Source of the DNA: Candidatus Hecatella orcuttiae
GTDB taxonomy: Archaea; Thermoproteota; Bathyarchaeia; Hecatellales; Hecatellaceae
Assembly: GCA_002011035.2 (NCBI GenBank)
Contig: MTLY02000001.1
Coordinates: 471,546 to 535,545, forward strand
Reading direction: 5' to 3'
DNA: 64,000 nt
The notes beneath the pieces are model-generated. The model saw only the letters and a program-made list of their open reading frames with translations. It did not search any database and was not told where the DNA came from. Position 1 is the first letter of the stretch. Each line of letters starts with the position of its first letter. This document shows, piece after piece, positions 48,592 to 57,024 of the stretch. A program made the position numbers and the translations under genes.

Positions 48592-49971
48592 TTACTCTCC
48601 TCCTGAAGCAGCCGGCTTCGGGTATTCCACATGGGGTTTTATGGCACTTAACCTTCGCCAGAGTTCTTCAGCTGCCTTCTGCGAAACCGCGTTCACCTTC
48701 TCTTCCTCAACTGTCAAGACCCGGCGGTTTTCCATCAGAATCTCCCCGTCAACGATCACCGTCTGCACATCGTCCCCGTCAACGGTGTTCACCAAGTGTC
48801 CGAGGACGCTTTCCGGTGTTAGTGGTGTTGGAAGAACATCCGGCTTCACCACGATTATGTCCGCCTTTTTCCCAGCCTCCAAGGACCCGAGCTCTTGGTC
48901 TAATCCGTACATTTCGGCTCCTTTGACGGTCGCCATCTCCAAGACTGTTTGCGGGTCCATGACCCTCGGGTCCCGGTGGTGGACCTTGTGGAGGAGAAAT
49001 GCCGCCCTTATGTTCTCGAACCCGTCGAAGATGTATCCGTCGTTTCCCAGCCCGACGGTTATTCCTTCCCGAAGCATGGCTTTAACCGGCGCCACTCCCA
49101 CGGCGTTGAGCATGTTGCTCATGGGGTTATGGGCTACCTTCGCCCCTGTCTTCTTGAGGATGCCGATTTCATCCTCGTTAAGCTGGACGCAGTGAGCTAA
49201 GACTACGTCAGGTTTGAGAAGGCCTAGGTCGTGAAGCCTCTCCACCGTTCTCTTTCCATACCTTTCCATGTTATGGTAAAGGTCCCCCAGCCCCTCTGAT
49301 GTATGAATAGTCAAGGGCACCCTGTACTTGTCGGCAAGCCGGCGGACTTTTTCCATCAGCTGATCAGACAGCGTGAAGGAGGCATGGAGGCTGAACATAC
49401 CCTTGACTTTGTCCATTCCTCCTCTGGCAATTTTCTCTATGAACCTCACATTTTCCGCTACGCCTCTTTCCCCTTCTTCGGAGCTGTGTCTCTCCGTTAC
49501 TTCGTAGGCTAAGATTCCCCGAATCCCCACCTCTTTCACAGCCTTCGCTATGTGGTCTAGGCTTAGGTCCACGGAGTTCGGCCCCGAATAGGTGTCCGCG
49601 AAACAGGTGGTTCCTGTCTTCAAAAACTCCAAGCAGCCGACCAGAGCGCTGGCGTAGGCGTCCTCCCGGGTCATCGCCTCATCCATCGGCCACCAGACTC
49701 TCTGCAGAATCTGGGAAAAGTCGGTGGGCGGAACGATGTTAAGACTAGCCCCTCGGAGAAGCATACCGTATAGGTGTGTGTGAGCGCAGATCAGACCGGG
49801 CATTACGATGCTTCCGCGGGCGTCGATAACTTTCTCAGGTTTATAGGCCCCTCCAGCGTCTCCTTTTCCAACTTCCACGATCCTGTCTCCGTCGACAACA
49901 ACCTCTCCTCTCAAGATGCGCCGCTGAGCGTCCATGGTCACTAGGAGCCCGTTTTTTATCAGCAAGACCAC
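48592..49971 (-). CDS. ssnA: SsnA-like amidohydrolase
   Basis: PGLICAHTHLYG, ILQRVWW..D, SLHASFTLSD, HNPMSNM and GLGNDG motifs. Confidence 0.75.
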   Translation of the reverse strand: MVLLIKNGLLVTMDAQRRILRGEVVVDGDRIVEVGKGDAGGAYKPEKVIDARGSIVMPGLICAHTHLYGMLLRGASLNIVPPTDFSQILQRVWWPMDEAMTREDAYASALVGCLEFLKTGTTCFADTYSGPNSVDLSLDHIAKAVKEVGIRGILAYEVTERHSSEEGERGVAENVRFIEKIARGGMDKVKGMFSLHASFTLSDQLMEKVRRLADKYRVPLTIHTSEGLGDLYHNMERYGKRTVERLHDLGLLKPDVVLAHCVQLNEDEIGILKKTGAKVAHNPMSNMLNAVGVAPVKAMLREGITVGLGNDGYIFDGFENIRAAFLLHKVHHRDPRVMDPQTVLEMATVKGAEMYGLDQELGSLEAGKKADIIVVKPDVLPTPLTPESVLGHLVNTVDGDDVQTVIVDGEILMENRRVLTVEEEKVNAVSQKAAEELWRRLSAIKPHVEYPKPAASGGE

Positions 49972-50185
49972 GAGGGTTCACTTCGTTTTACAGCTTCTAT
50001 TTTTAGAGGTTGCTGGTTTACCTAGGAAAGGTGCACTAAAATTTATATCTTATGATAAAAATTCGCAAAAGGCCAATATGGCTTTTATTTATGTTTTCCG
50101 GTTTGGGAGGGGCATAGACTCCGAGAACAGCAGCCTGAAAGGTTTACGGAGCAAAAGCAACTACAGTTCTAGGCCCTCCCTCGGA

Positions 50186-50197
50186 GAAAAACTTAAA
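50186..50197 (+). promoter_or_regulatory. Putative BRE/TATA promoter of the carbamoyltransferase pair
   Basis: GAAAAACTTAAA about 38 nt before ATG 50235. Confidence 0.4.
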
Positions 50198-50234
50198 GTC
50201 CCCGGTAATCAAAGGATATGGAAGGTGAGTTTAA

Positions 50235-51278
50235 ATGTCGACCTCTGTCAAAGCTAAAGATTTGATCACAACCCAAGAGTGGAGCAGGGAAGAATTAGAC
50301 AGAACACTAGAACTGGCCTTAGAATTGAAGGAAAAACGAAGGAAAAGAATCCCCCACAAGCTACTGGAGGGGCGCACCCTCTTCATGCTGTTTTACAACC
50401 TCTCCCTCAGGACCAGAAACAGCTTCGAAGCAGGCATATTCCAGCTGGGCGGGCAGGGAATATTTCTCTCCCCAACAGCCGTCTACCGGCCTGCCCTCGC
50501 GGGAAGCGAAATCCCCTACGAAACGGAGAGAGTATCCGACGTGGCCCGGGTTCTGAGCAGATACGGGGACGCCATCGCCATCAGGATCTACGGGAAACCT
50601 GTAAACTGGACCTATGGAATGGGCGACCAGATTGTGAGGGAGTTCGCCAAGTATGCGGACATTCCCGTGATCAACATGGAATGCGACATGTTTCACCCAT
50701 GCCAAGGCTTAGCCGACGTCCTCACCATAAAAGAAAAACTTGGCACCCTTGAAGGAAAGAAGATCGTCGTAAGCTGGGCGTACTCCGGGGGAATAAAACC
50801 TCTGGCTGTTCCGCAGAGCTGCATCCTGAACTTCACCAGATTTGGAGGCGACGTAACCCTCGCGCATCCCAAAGGCCTTGAACTTGACCCCACTGTCGTA
50901 AGCTGGGCGAGGAAAAACGCTGAGGAGAGTGGGGGAAGTTTCGAGATCAACTACGACATGAATCAGGCCTTCGAGGGGGCTGATGTGGTCTACCCTAAAT
51001 CTTGGGCGCCTCTTCAGTTCATGCCTCCGAAGACATGCAAGATGGAGGAGGAGAAGGCCTTAGAATTGATGAACAGACATAAAGACTGGATAACCACGGC
51101 TGAAAAAATAGACCTCTGCAAAAGAAACGTCCTCTACATGCACTGTCTGCCAGCCGATAGAGGGATGGAGGTAACAGACGAAGTTATCGACGGACCTAAC
51201 TCCGTGGTGATGGATGAAGCGGAGAACAGACTTCACGTCCAAAAATCCATCATGGTTCTGCTGATGAGACGAGATTAA
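50235..51278 (+). CDS. YgeW-like carbamoyltransferase 1
   Basis: SLRTRNSF, HPCQ and MHCLP; SWAYS..KPLAVPQ and VYPKSW in place of the ornithine-binding SMG motif. Confidence 0.85.
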   Translation: MSTSVKAKDLITTQEWSREELDRTLELALELKEKRRKRIPHKLLEGRTLFMLFYNLSLRTRNSFEAGIFQLGGQGIFLSPTAVYRPALAGSEIPYETERVSDVARVLSRYGDAIAIRIYGKPVNWTYGMGDQIVREFAKYADIPVINMECDMFHPCQGLADVLTIKEKLGTLEGKKIVVSWAYSGGIKPLAVPQSCILNFTRFGGDVTLAHPKGLELDPTVVSWARKNAEESGGSFEINYDMNQAFEGADVVYPKSWAPLQFMPPKTCKMEEEKALELMNRHKDWITTAEKIDLCKRNVLYMHCLPADRGMEVTDEVIDGPNSVVMDEAENRLHVQKSIMVLLMRRD

Positions 51279-51291
51279 ATGCGGTGATGGT

Positions 51292-52320
51292 ATGAAAAGC
51301 CTGTATGGAAGAGACCTGATCACAACCCAAGACTGGAGCATCGACGAGCTGACCGAGACCATAGAGCTGGCGAAAAAATTCAAAGACATGAGAAAAGCTG
51401 GAAAGCCTCTCCCCAAAATCTTGGAGAGAAAGAACTTCTTCTCCGTGTTCTACGCGTCCTCCACCCGGACGAGGGCTGCCTTTGAGGTGGGAATGGAGCT
51501 CCTGGGAGGGCATAACCTCTACATCGACGTATCCACCACGAGGATTAAAGCGGGGGAGGCTGTGAAGGATGTTGCCAAAATGTACGACGGCTACGGAGAC
51601 GGCATCGGTGTGAGAATACTTGACAACGTCATCGACTTCAAGTATGGGGAAGGATTGAGAGTCGTCAAAGAGTTCGCTGAAGTAGCGAGAGTCCCTGTGA
51701 TCGACATGGGCTGCTGCACCTACCATCCGACGCAGGCCATAGGCGACATCATGACGCTGGGGAATAAGCTGGGAAGGCTTCCAAAGAAAAAATACACCGT
51801 CACATGGGCTTACTCCTCCAGGCTGAGGGGAGTCTGCAGCGTCCAGTCTGAGGTTCTGATAGCGACAAGGTTCGGCATGGACGTAACCCTAGCTCACCCT
51901 CCGGAATTCGAACTGGACCCGAAGATAATGGCGGCTGCGAAGAAAAACGCTGAGGAAAGCGGAGGCAGCTTGGAGGTGTCCCACGATTTCGAGGAAGCCC
52001 TCCGGGGCGCCAACGCCGTGTTCCCTCGAAGCTGGGTTACCTCAGGGCTTCTCAAAACCGGCCTCAGCGGCTACGGCATGGAGGAGGAGGTTAAAATCCA
52101 CAACAAGCACAGGGATTGGAGGCTGGAGAAGCGTCACGTCGACGACCTGATGGGGAAGCCGGCGGTTGTAACCCATGTGCTACCCGTGTTCAGGGGGGAG
52201 GAGGCCTCCGACGACGTCCTAGACGGGCCGGAGTCAGTTATCTACGAGCAGGCGGAGGACAACCTCTACGCTAAGATGGCTGTGCTTTCCCTGACCATGG
52301 CCAAGGAAATAAACCTGTAG
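51292..52320 (+). CDS. YgeW-like carbamoyltransferase 2
   Basis: STRTRAAF, HPTQ, TWAYS, FPRSW and the variant THVLP. Confidence 0.82.
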   Translation: MKSLYGRDLITTQDWSIDELTETIELAKKFKDMRKAGKPLPKILERKNFFSVFYASSTRTRAAFEVGMELLGGHNLYIDVSTTRIKAGEAVKDVAKMYDGYGDGIGVRILDNVIDFKYGEGLRVVKEFAEVARVPVIDMGCCTYHPTQAIGDIMTLGNKLGRLPKKKYTVTWAYSSRLRGVCSVQSEVLIATRFGMDVTLAHPPEFELDPKIMAAAKKNAEESGGSLEVSHDFEEALRGANAVFPRSWVTSGLLKTGLSGYGMEEEVKIHNKHRDWRLEKRHVDDLMGKPAVVTHVLPVFRGEEASDDVLDGPESVIYEQAEDNLYAKMAVLSLTMAKEINL

Positions 52321-52356
52321 TTTCCCCGGGGGCCATAAACCCTTCCCACAGCCTTA

Positions 52357-52372
52357 TTCCACACGTGTGGAA
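52357..52372. repeat. Perfect 16-bp palindrome TTCCACACGTGTGGAA, copy 2
   Basis: Intergenic between convergent genes; flanked by ACAGCC...GGCTGT. Confidence 0.8.
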
Positions 52373-52407
52373 AATGCTGCGGCTGTAGGTTGATGCCAGC
52401 CTGCCCT

Positions 52408-53811
52408 TCAGACGGTTTTTATGAAAGCGTCCTCGATTTTTCTCTCGACGAATTCTCCCTCTCCAGGAGTTCCGACATAGTCTTCGCCATCGACTATTAT
52501 CTTCCCCCTCAAAATGGTTGTAGTCGGCCAGCCTGTAACCTTCCATCCCTCATACGCACTCCAGTCCGCGCCCATGTGGAGGCTATCGCAGTCGAGGGTC
52601 TTCTCTTTCTTAGGGTCGATGATGACTATGTCGGCGTCGGAGCCGGGGGCTAACACTCCTTTCCTCGGATAAACACCGTAAACTTTGGCGGCGTTTGCGC
52701 TTACCAATTCGACGAACCGTGATAGGCTAAGCCGCCTCTTCTCCACTCCCTCAGAATAGACAATAGGCACTCGAATTTCAACGCCTGGGAAACCGTTGGG
52801 GACCTCTGTGAAAACAGCGGAATGTTTGCTTTTCTGCTCAGAGGTGAACACCGCATGGTCCGAGCTCACCACAGAGATGCGGCCGTCAGCCAATCCCCGC
52901 CACAGTTCCTCCACGTCTTCCCTTTTCCTGAGGGGTGGACTGCAGATGTAGTAGAACCCGTCAGGCGCTTCCAGGAGGTCTTCGGTAAGCGTCAGATAGT
53001 GAGGGCAAGTCTCAGCGTAGGCTGGCAGGCCTTTTCCTCTGGTGTTTCCGACCAGTTCAACCCCTTCCCGAGTTGACACGTGGGCGATGTAAACCTTGGA
53101 CCCTGCGAATTCCGCCAAGGACAAGGCTCTCTGAATGGCTTCCGCTTCAACGAAATTCGGCTTCGCAACACCGTGGTACTTAGCCTCCACCCAACCTTTC
53201 CTCAAACATTCCTGCTGCCAGTTTTCGATGAGGGAGACGTTTTCCGCGTGGACTTTAACCAGCCCGCCGTACTCTTGTGCAGCCTTAAAAACTGCGAGAA
53301 GAGCCCAGTCATCCGCATACCATCCCTCCTCCCGGTAGCACATGTACTCTTTGAAGGAGGGGATCCCGCGGTCGATCATCTCCTTCATCTCCGCCCGCAT
53401 CTTGTCGAGATCCGTGAAATCCGTAAGCGTACCATGCACCGAGTAGTCTACGGCTGATAGCTCAGCCGCCCTGGAAAGTTTCTGTTTTACCGCTTCTGTC
53501 AGGGGCTTACCCTTCTGCTGGGTGGCGAAGTCTATCACCATCGTCGTCCCCCCCATAGCCGCGGCGATCGTGCCTTTATCCCAGGTTTCCGGGGAAGTTT
53601 CCCCTTTCTGGTACAATTCGTAATGGACATGGGGGTCTATTCCCCCGGGTATCACTATTTTTCCTTCCGCCTGGATGACTTTCTCAGCTTTTGGAAGAAC
53701 ACTCCTACTTCCCAAAGCTGAAATTTTCCCAGCCTCCACGGCTATAGCCACCTTCATAACACCGGCGGCCGTCACCACGGTTCCCCCATCGATTATCAAA
53801 TCCACTTTCAT
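52408..53811 (-). CDS. hydA: Dihydropyrimidinase/hydantoinase (HydA/HyuA-like)
   Basis: PGGIDPHVH, GGTT, SFK, VHAEN, ETCPHYL, CSPPLR, SDH and PNGFPGVE motifs. Confidence 0.9.
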   Translation of the reverse strand: MKVDLIIDGGTVVTAAGVMKVAIAVEAGKISALGSRSVLPKAEKVIQAEGKIVIPGGIDPHVHYELYQKGETSPETWDKGTIAAAMGGTTMVIDFATQQKGKPLTEAVKQKLSRAAELSAVDYSVHGTLTDFTDLDKMRAEMKEMIDRGIPSFKEYMCYREEGWYADDWALLAVFKAAQEYGGLVKVHAENVSLIENWQQECLRKGWVEAKYHGVAKPNFVEAEAIQRALSLAEFAGSKVYIAHVSTREGVELVGNTRGKGLPAYAETCPHYLTLTEDLLEAPDGFYYICSPPLRKREDVEELWRGLADGRISVVSSDHAVFTSEQKSKHSAVFTEVPNGFPGVEIRVPIVYSEGVEKRRLSLSRFVELVSANAAKVYGVYPRKGVLAPGSDADIVIIDPKKEKTLDCDSLHMGADWSAYEGWKVTGWPTTTILRGKIIVDGEDYVGTPGEGEFVERKIEDAFIKTV

Positions 53812-53917
53812 GTTTCTCTACGCCTCACCAGTCAGCGGAGTGAAAATCCTATTTAGCCTCATATTATTCATGCTTTCCTAGAAAATATTAAAAGCCGATT
53901 GCCCATAAATTTTCCTT

Positions 53918-54946
53918 ATGAGCACAAGAAGACTTGTGATAGCTCTCGGAGGCAACGCCATAAAGCAAGCTGACGAAAGAGGAACAACTGAGGAGCAGTT
54001 TCGAAACATAGTGACGACCTGCAGGCAGATAGTAAAAATTCTGGAAAAAGACCCCGATATGGAGCTTGCCATAACCCACGGCAACGGCCCCCAAGTTGGG
54101 AATCTGCTTCTCCAGCAGGAAAAAGCCAGCGACGCCATTCCAGCTCAAACACTAGACGTACTCAACGGTATGACGCAAGGTCAAATAGGCTACATGCTTC
54201 AGCAGACATTGCAGAACAGCCTCAGAGAAGCCGGCGGCAAGCTGGGAAGGAGGCAAGTTATATCCATCGTCAATCAAGTACTGGTAAGCCGCGACGACCC
54301 TGACTTCCTCGACCCCTCCAAGCCAATAGGCAATTTTTTCACAAAGGCAGAAGCGGAACGGCTTGCAGCTGAGGAAGGCTACGTCATCAACCCTCCCGCT
54401 GGCAAAAAATATCTGGACAAAAAAATGAAGGGTATGGTGATAAAGCAGGTTAAGCCTGCAAACGTGACCCCTCGACCTTTCAGGAGGGTAGTTCCGTCGC
54501 CTGAACCTATCAGGAACGTTGAGGCTGAGGTCATCCGGTTGCTGGTTGAGCAGGGGATAATTGTCATAGCATCTGGCGGCGGAGGGATACCTGTCATAAT
54601 GAACGAGCAAGGCCGCCTCGAAGGAGTTTTCGCTGTCATAGACAAGGACAAAGCTGGAGAAAAGATGGCCTCCGCCATCAAGGCGACTGATTTTCTGATA
54701 CTGTCCGACGTTGAATATGCTATGTTAAATTTCGGTAAAGAAAACCAGAAGCCGATACGTAGAATATCTGTGAGGGAGGCTGAAAAATACCTTTCAGAGG
54801 GACATTTCCTCGCTGGAAGTATGGGCCCGAAGGTTGTCGCCTGCATAAGATTCCTCAAAAACGGCGGTCGGAGAGCTATCATAACAAGCCTGCACAAAGC
54901 AGCGGAAGCCTTAGAAGGCCGAGTAGGCACCCACCTTTATAGATAA
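53918..54946 (+). CDS. arcC: Carbamate kinase (with an insertion in the protruding subdomain)
   Basis: ALGGNA, THGNGPQVG, RRVVPSP, GGGGIPV, VIDKD and GSMGPKV motifs. Confidence 0.95.
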   Translation: MSTRRLVIALGGNAIKQADERGTTEEQFRNIVTTCRQIVKILEKDPDMELAITHGNGPQVGNLLLQQEKASDAIPAQTLDVLNGMTQGQIGYMLQQTLQNSLREAGGKLGRRQVISIVNQVLVSRDDPDFLDPSKPIGNFFTKAEAERLAAEEGYVINPPAGKKYLDKKMKGMVIKQVKPANVTPRPFRRVVPSPEPIRNVEAEVIRLLVEQGIIVIASGGGGIPVIMNEQGRLEGVFAVIDKDKAGEKMASAIKATDFLILSDVEYAMLNFGKENQKPIRRISVREAEKYLSEGHFLAGSMGPKVVACIRFLKNGGRRAIITSLHKAAEALEGRVGTHLYR

Positions 54947-55032
54947 TTTTTTTGATCTGAAGAGCCTGTTCTTCTTTTTAGGTCCGCTGAGGGCCCTCTA
55001 ACTTTAAATAAAACGAAAAAGCTAAAACCGGT

Positions 55033-55782
55033 ATGAATGTCGCTGTAGAATCCCAGCGATTTATTTCTAACTTGTGGAAAGATATAGAGATCCCTGTGGA
55101 TAAGATTAAACCCAGCAAGTTCAGTTTGAGGGACGTAGACGGGTCGACTGTCAAAGAGTTGGCTGAATCCATCAAGGCCAACGGACTGCTTCAACCCATC
55201 ATGGTTAGGCCTTCGCCCAACGGCTACGAGCTTGTCTTCGGCCTTCACAGACTTGAAGCCTGCAAACAGTTGGGCTGGGAGAAAATCCCCGCAGTGCTCA
55301 AGGATGTGCCTGATGACGAAGTCTTATTGATGAGCATCGTTGAAAATCTTCAACGTAACATTCACGTAAACCCCATCGCTGAAGCCCGCAGCTATAAGTT
55401 TCTGATGACCAAAGGGTGGACTGTCCCTGAGATTTCGGCGAAAATAGGTAAAACAGACAAATACGTCTACGAAAGGTTAAGATTACTGTACAAGCTGCAT
55501 CCGAAAATCCGGAAAGAACTGGACAAGCGAGTTCACCCATCGCCTCTGACCCCCTCCCATCTGGAACGCCTTGCCCTCATCGACGATCCTCAACTTCAAC
55601 TGAAGCTGGCTAGGCTGGTTCAGAAGAAGCGTTTATCCGTACGGCAGCTTGAGCGTTTAACGCGGAAACTCAAAAGGATAATGCCCGCGGGATGCCTCTG
55701 CAAAAAATGCTCCAACTACCCTTGCAAATACATTCCTGGAGAAGACGATAAGGACTTGATGTATAAACACGCCTTCGGCTGA
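55033..55782 (+). CDS. ParB/Spo0J-family protein with C-terminal Cys cluster; no parA in the window
   Basis: LAESIK.NGLLQPIMVR, FGLHRLEA, ENLQR, HTH, LSVRQLE and CLCKKCSNYPC. Confidence 0.88.
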   Translation: MNVAVESQRFISNLWKDIEIPVDKIKPSKFSLRDVDGSTVKELAESIKANGLLQPIMVRPSPNGYELVFGLHRLEACKQLGWEKIPAVLKDVPDDEVLLMSIVENLQRNIHVNPIAEARSYKFLMTKGWTVPEISAKIGKTDKYVYERLRLLYKLHPKIRKELDKRVHPSPLTPSHLERLALIDDPQLQLKLARLVQKKRLSVRQLERLTRKLKRIMPAGCLCKKCSNYPCKYIPGEDDKDLMYKHAFG

Positions 55783-55815
55783 GTAGACGGTTATCCATAA
55801 GTTTCAGAGTTCCGA

Positions 55816-57024
55816 TCAGTCCACATACTTCATCAAGATGCAGCCTTCCACAGGGCACACCGTTGGGCACAGAGCGCATCCCACGCATTTTTCTTTATCC
55901 ACCTTGGGGAGCCGTTTTTCAACGTCGAATTCGATGGCTTGATGGCCTCCGTCTCTGCAGGCAACATAACATTGCCCACATCCCACGCATTTTTCTTCGT
56001 CGATGAAAGCTTTGACAAGAGGAGTACGCTTCAACTGCTCGTGGGTGGTGATGAAGGGAAGCGACTTACCCACCAGCTCCATGGGAGAGGAAAAGCCGTG
56101 AGTCTCGAGGTAGTTGGATAGCCCAACTTTGAGATCGTCGATTATTCCGTAGCCGTGGTGCATCACCGCTGTGCACAGCTGCACGGTGGTGGCTCCCACC
56201 AGCATCAGCTCCACAGCGTCGCTCCAGCTCATCACTCCTCCAGTGCCGGTTATCGGGATGTCCACGTTCTTCTTTATCTCAGCAATGGTTCTGAGGGTGA
56301 TAGGCTTGATGAAATGCCCTGACAGGCCGCTGTAGGTGGACTTGTTTCGGACATTGGGATAGGGAACAAACGTATCCAAGTCGATGCCCATGAGGGAGGG
56401 TATCGTGTTGGATGCACAGATAGCGTCGGCGCCGCCTTCCTTGATCTTTTTCGCAATCTCCGCGATGAACGCTACCTGAGGAGTGATCTTGATGACCACA
56501 GGGGCGCGTTTGGCGGCGGACTTCACCCACTGGGTCACCATTTTGGAGGCGTCCCCATCCTGTCCAAGCATAGCCCCAGGCCTCTGCCCCATCGATCCTT
56601 GAGGACATGAGAAAGAGCACTCGATCATGTCCACGCCGGCCTCTTCCAAACGTCGGACAAGCTCTTGCCACTCTTCCTTGTTCGATCCCATGATGGAAGC
56701 CATTACCACTTTTTCTGGGAACTCCTTTTTCAGCGTGGCAACACGTTTCTCTACTTCCTCTATTCCGTAACGCGATATCAGGTCGATGTTGCCTAGTCCA
56801 GCCATCCTCCGGTCCTCCATGTTGATGGAGGACATCATGGGGTATACGAGGTCCACTTTCACGCTTTCCACGTGGGTTGTCTTCAACACGGCTCCAGCCC
56901 AGCCCTGCTTGAATGCTCTCCGAACCATGTCCAATTCGTCGGTGGGAGGCCCGGCGGCGAGCACGAAGGGGCTCTCGAATTTTATTCCGCAAAGCTCAAC
57001 CGAGAGATCTTTATAGCGGTACAT
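55816..57024 (-). CDS. preA: Dihydropyrimidine-dehydrogenase PreA-like subunit (FMN, C-terminal ferredoxin)
   Basis: GWAGAVLKT, NIDLIS, SCPQG, KITP, SNT, YSGLSG..IKPI and two CxxCxxC motifs. Confidence 0.88.
   Translation of the reverse strand: MYRYKDLSVELCGIKFESPFVLAAGPPTDELDMVRRAFKQGWAGAVLKTTHVESVKVDLVYPMMSSINMEDRRMAGLGNIDLISRYGIEEVEKRVATLKKEFPEKVVMASIMGSNKEEWQELVRRLEEAGVDMIECSFSCPQGSMGQRPGAMLGQDGDASKMVTQWVKSAAKRAPVVIKITPQVAFIAEIAKKIKEGGADAICASNTIPSLMGIDLDTFVPYPNVRNKSTYSGLSGHFIKPITLRTIAEIKKNVDIPITGTGGVMSWSDAVELMLVGATTVQLCTAVMHHGYGIIDDLKVGLSNYLETHGFSSPMELVGKSLPFITTHEQLKRTPLVKAFIDEEKCVGCGQCYVACRDGGHQAIEFDVEKRLPKVDKEKCVGCALCPTVCPVEGCILMKYVD

Noticed and set aside
50235-54946. Arginine deiminase pathway (arcB-arcC)
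   Set aside because: There is no arginine or agmatine deiminase in the window, and both transcarbamylases lack the ornithine-binding SMG motif.
55033-55782. Complete ParABS plasmid or chromosome partition cassette
   Set aside because: No parA is adjacent; the MinD-like ATPases at 10.8-12.5 kb are ferredoxin-containing COG1149 proteins in an unrelated context.
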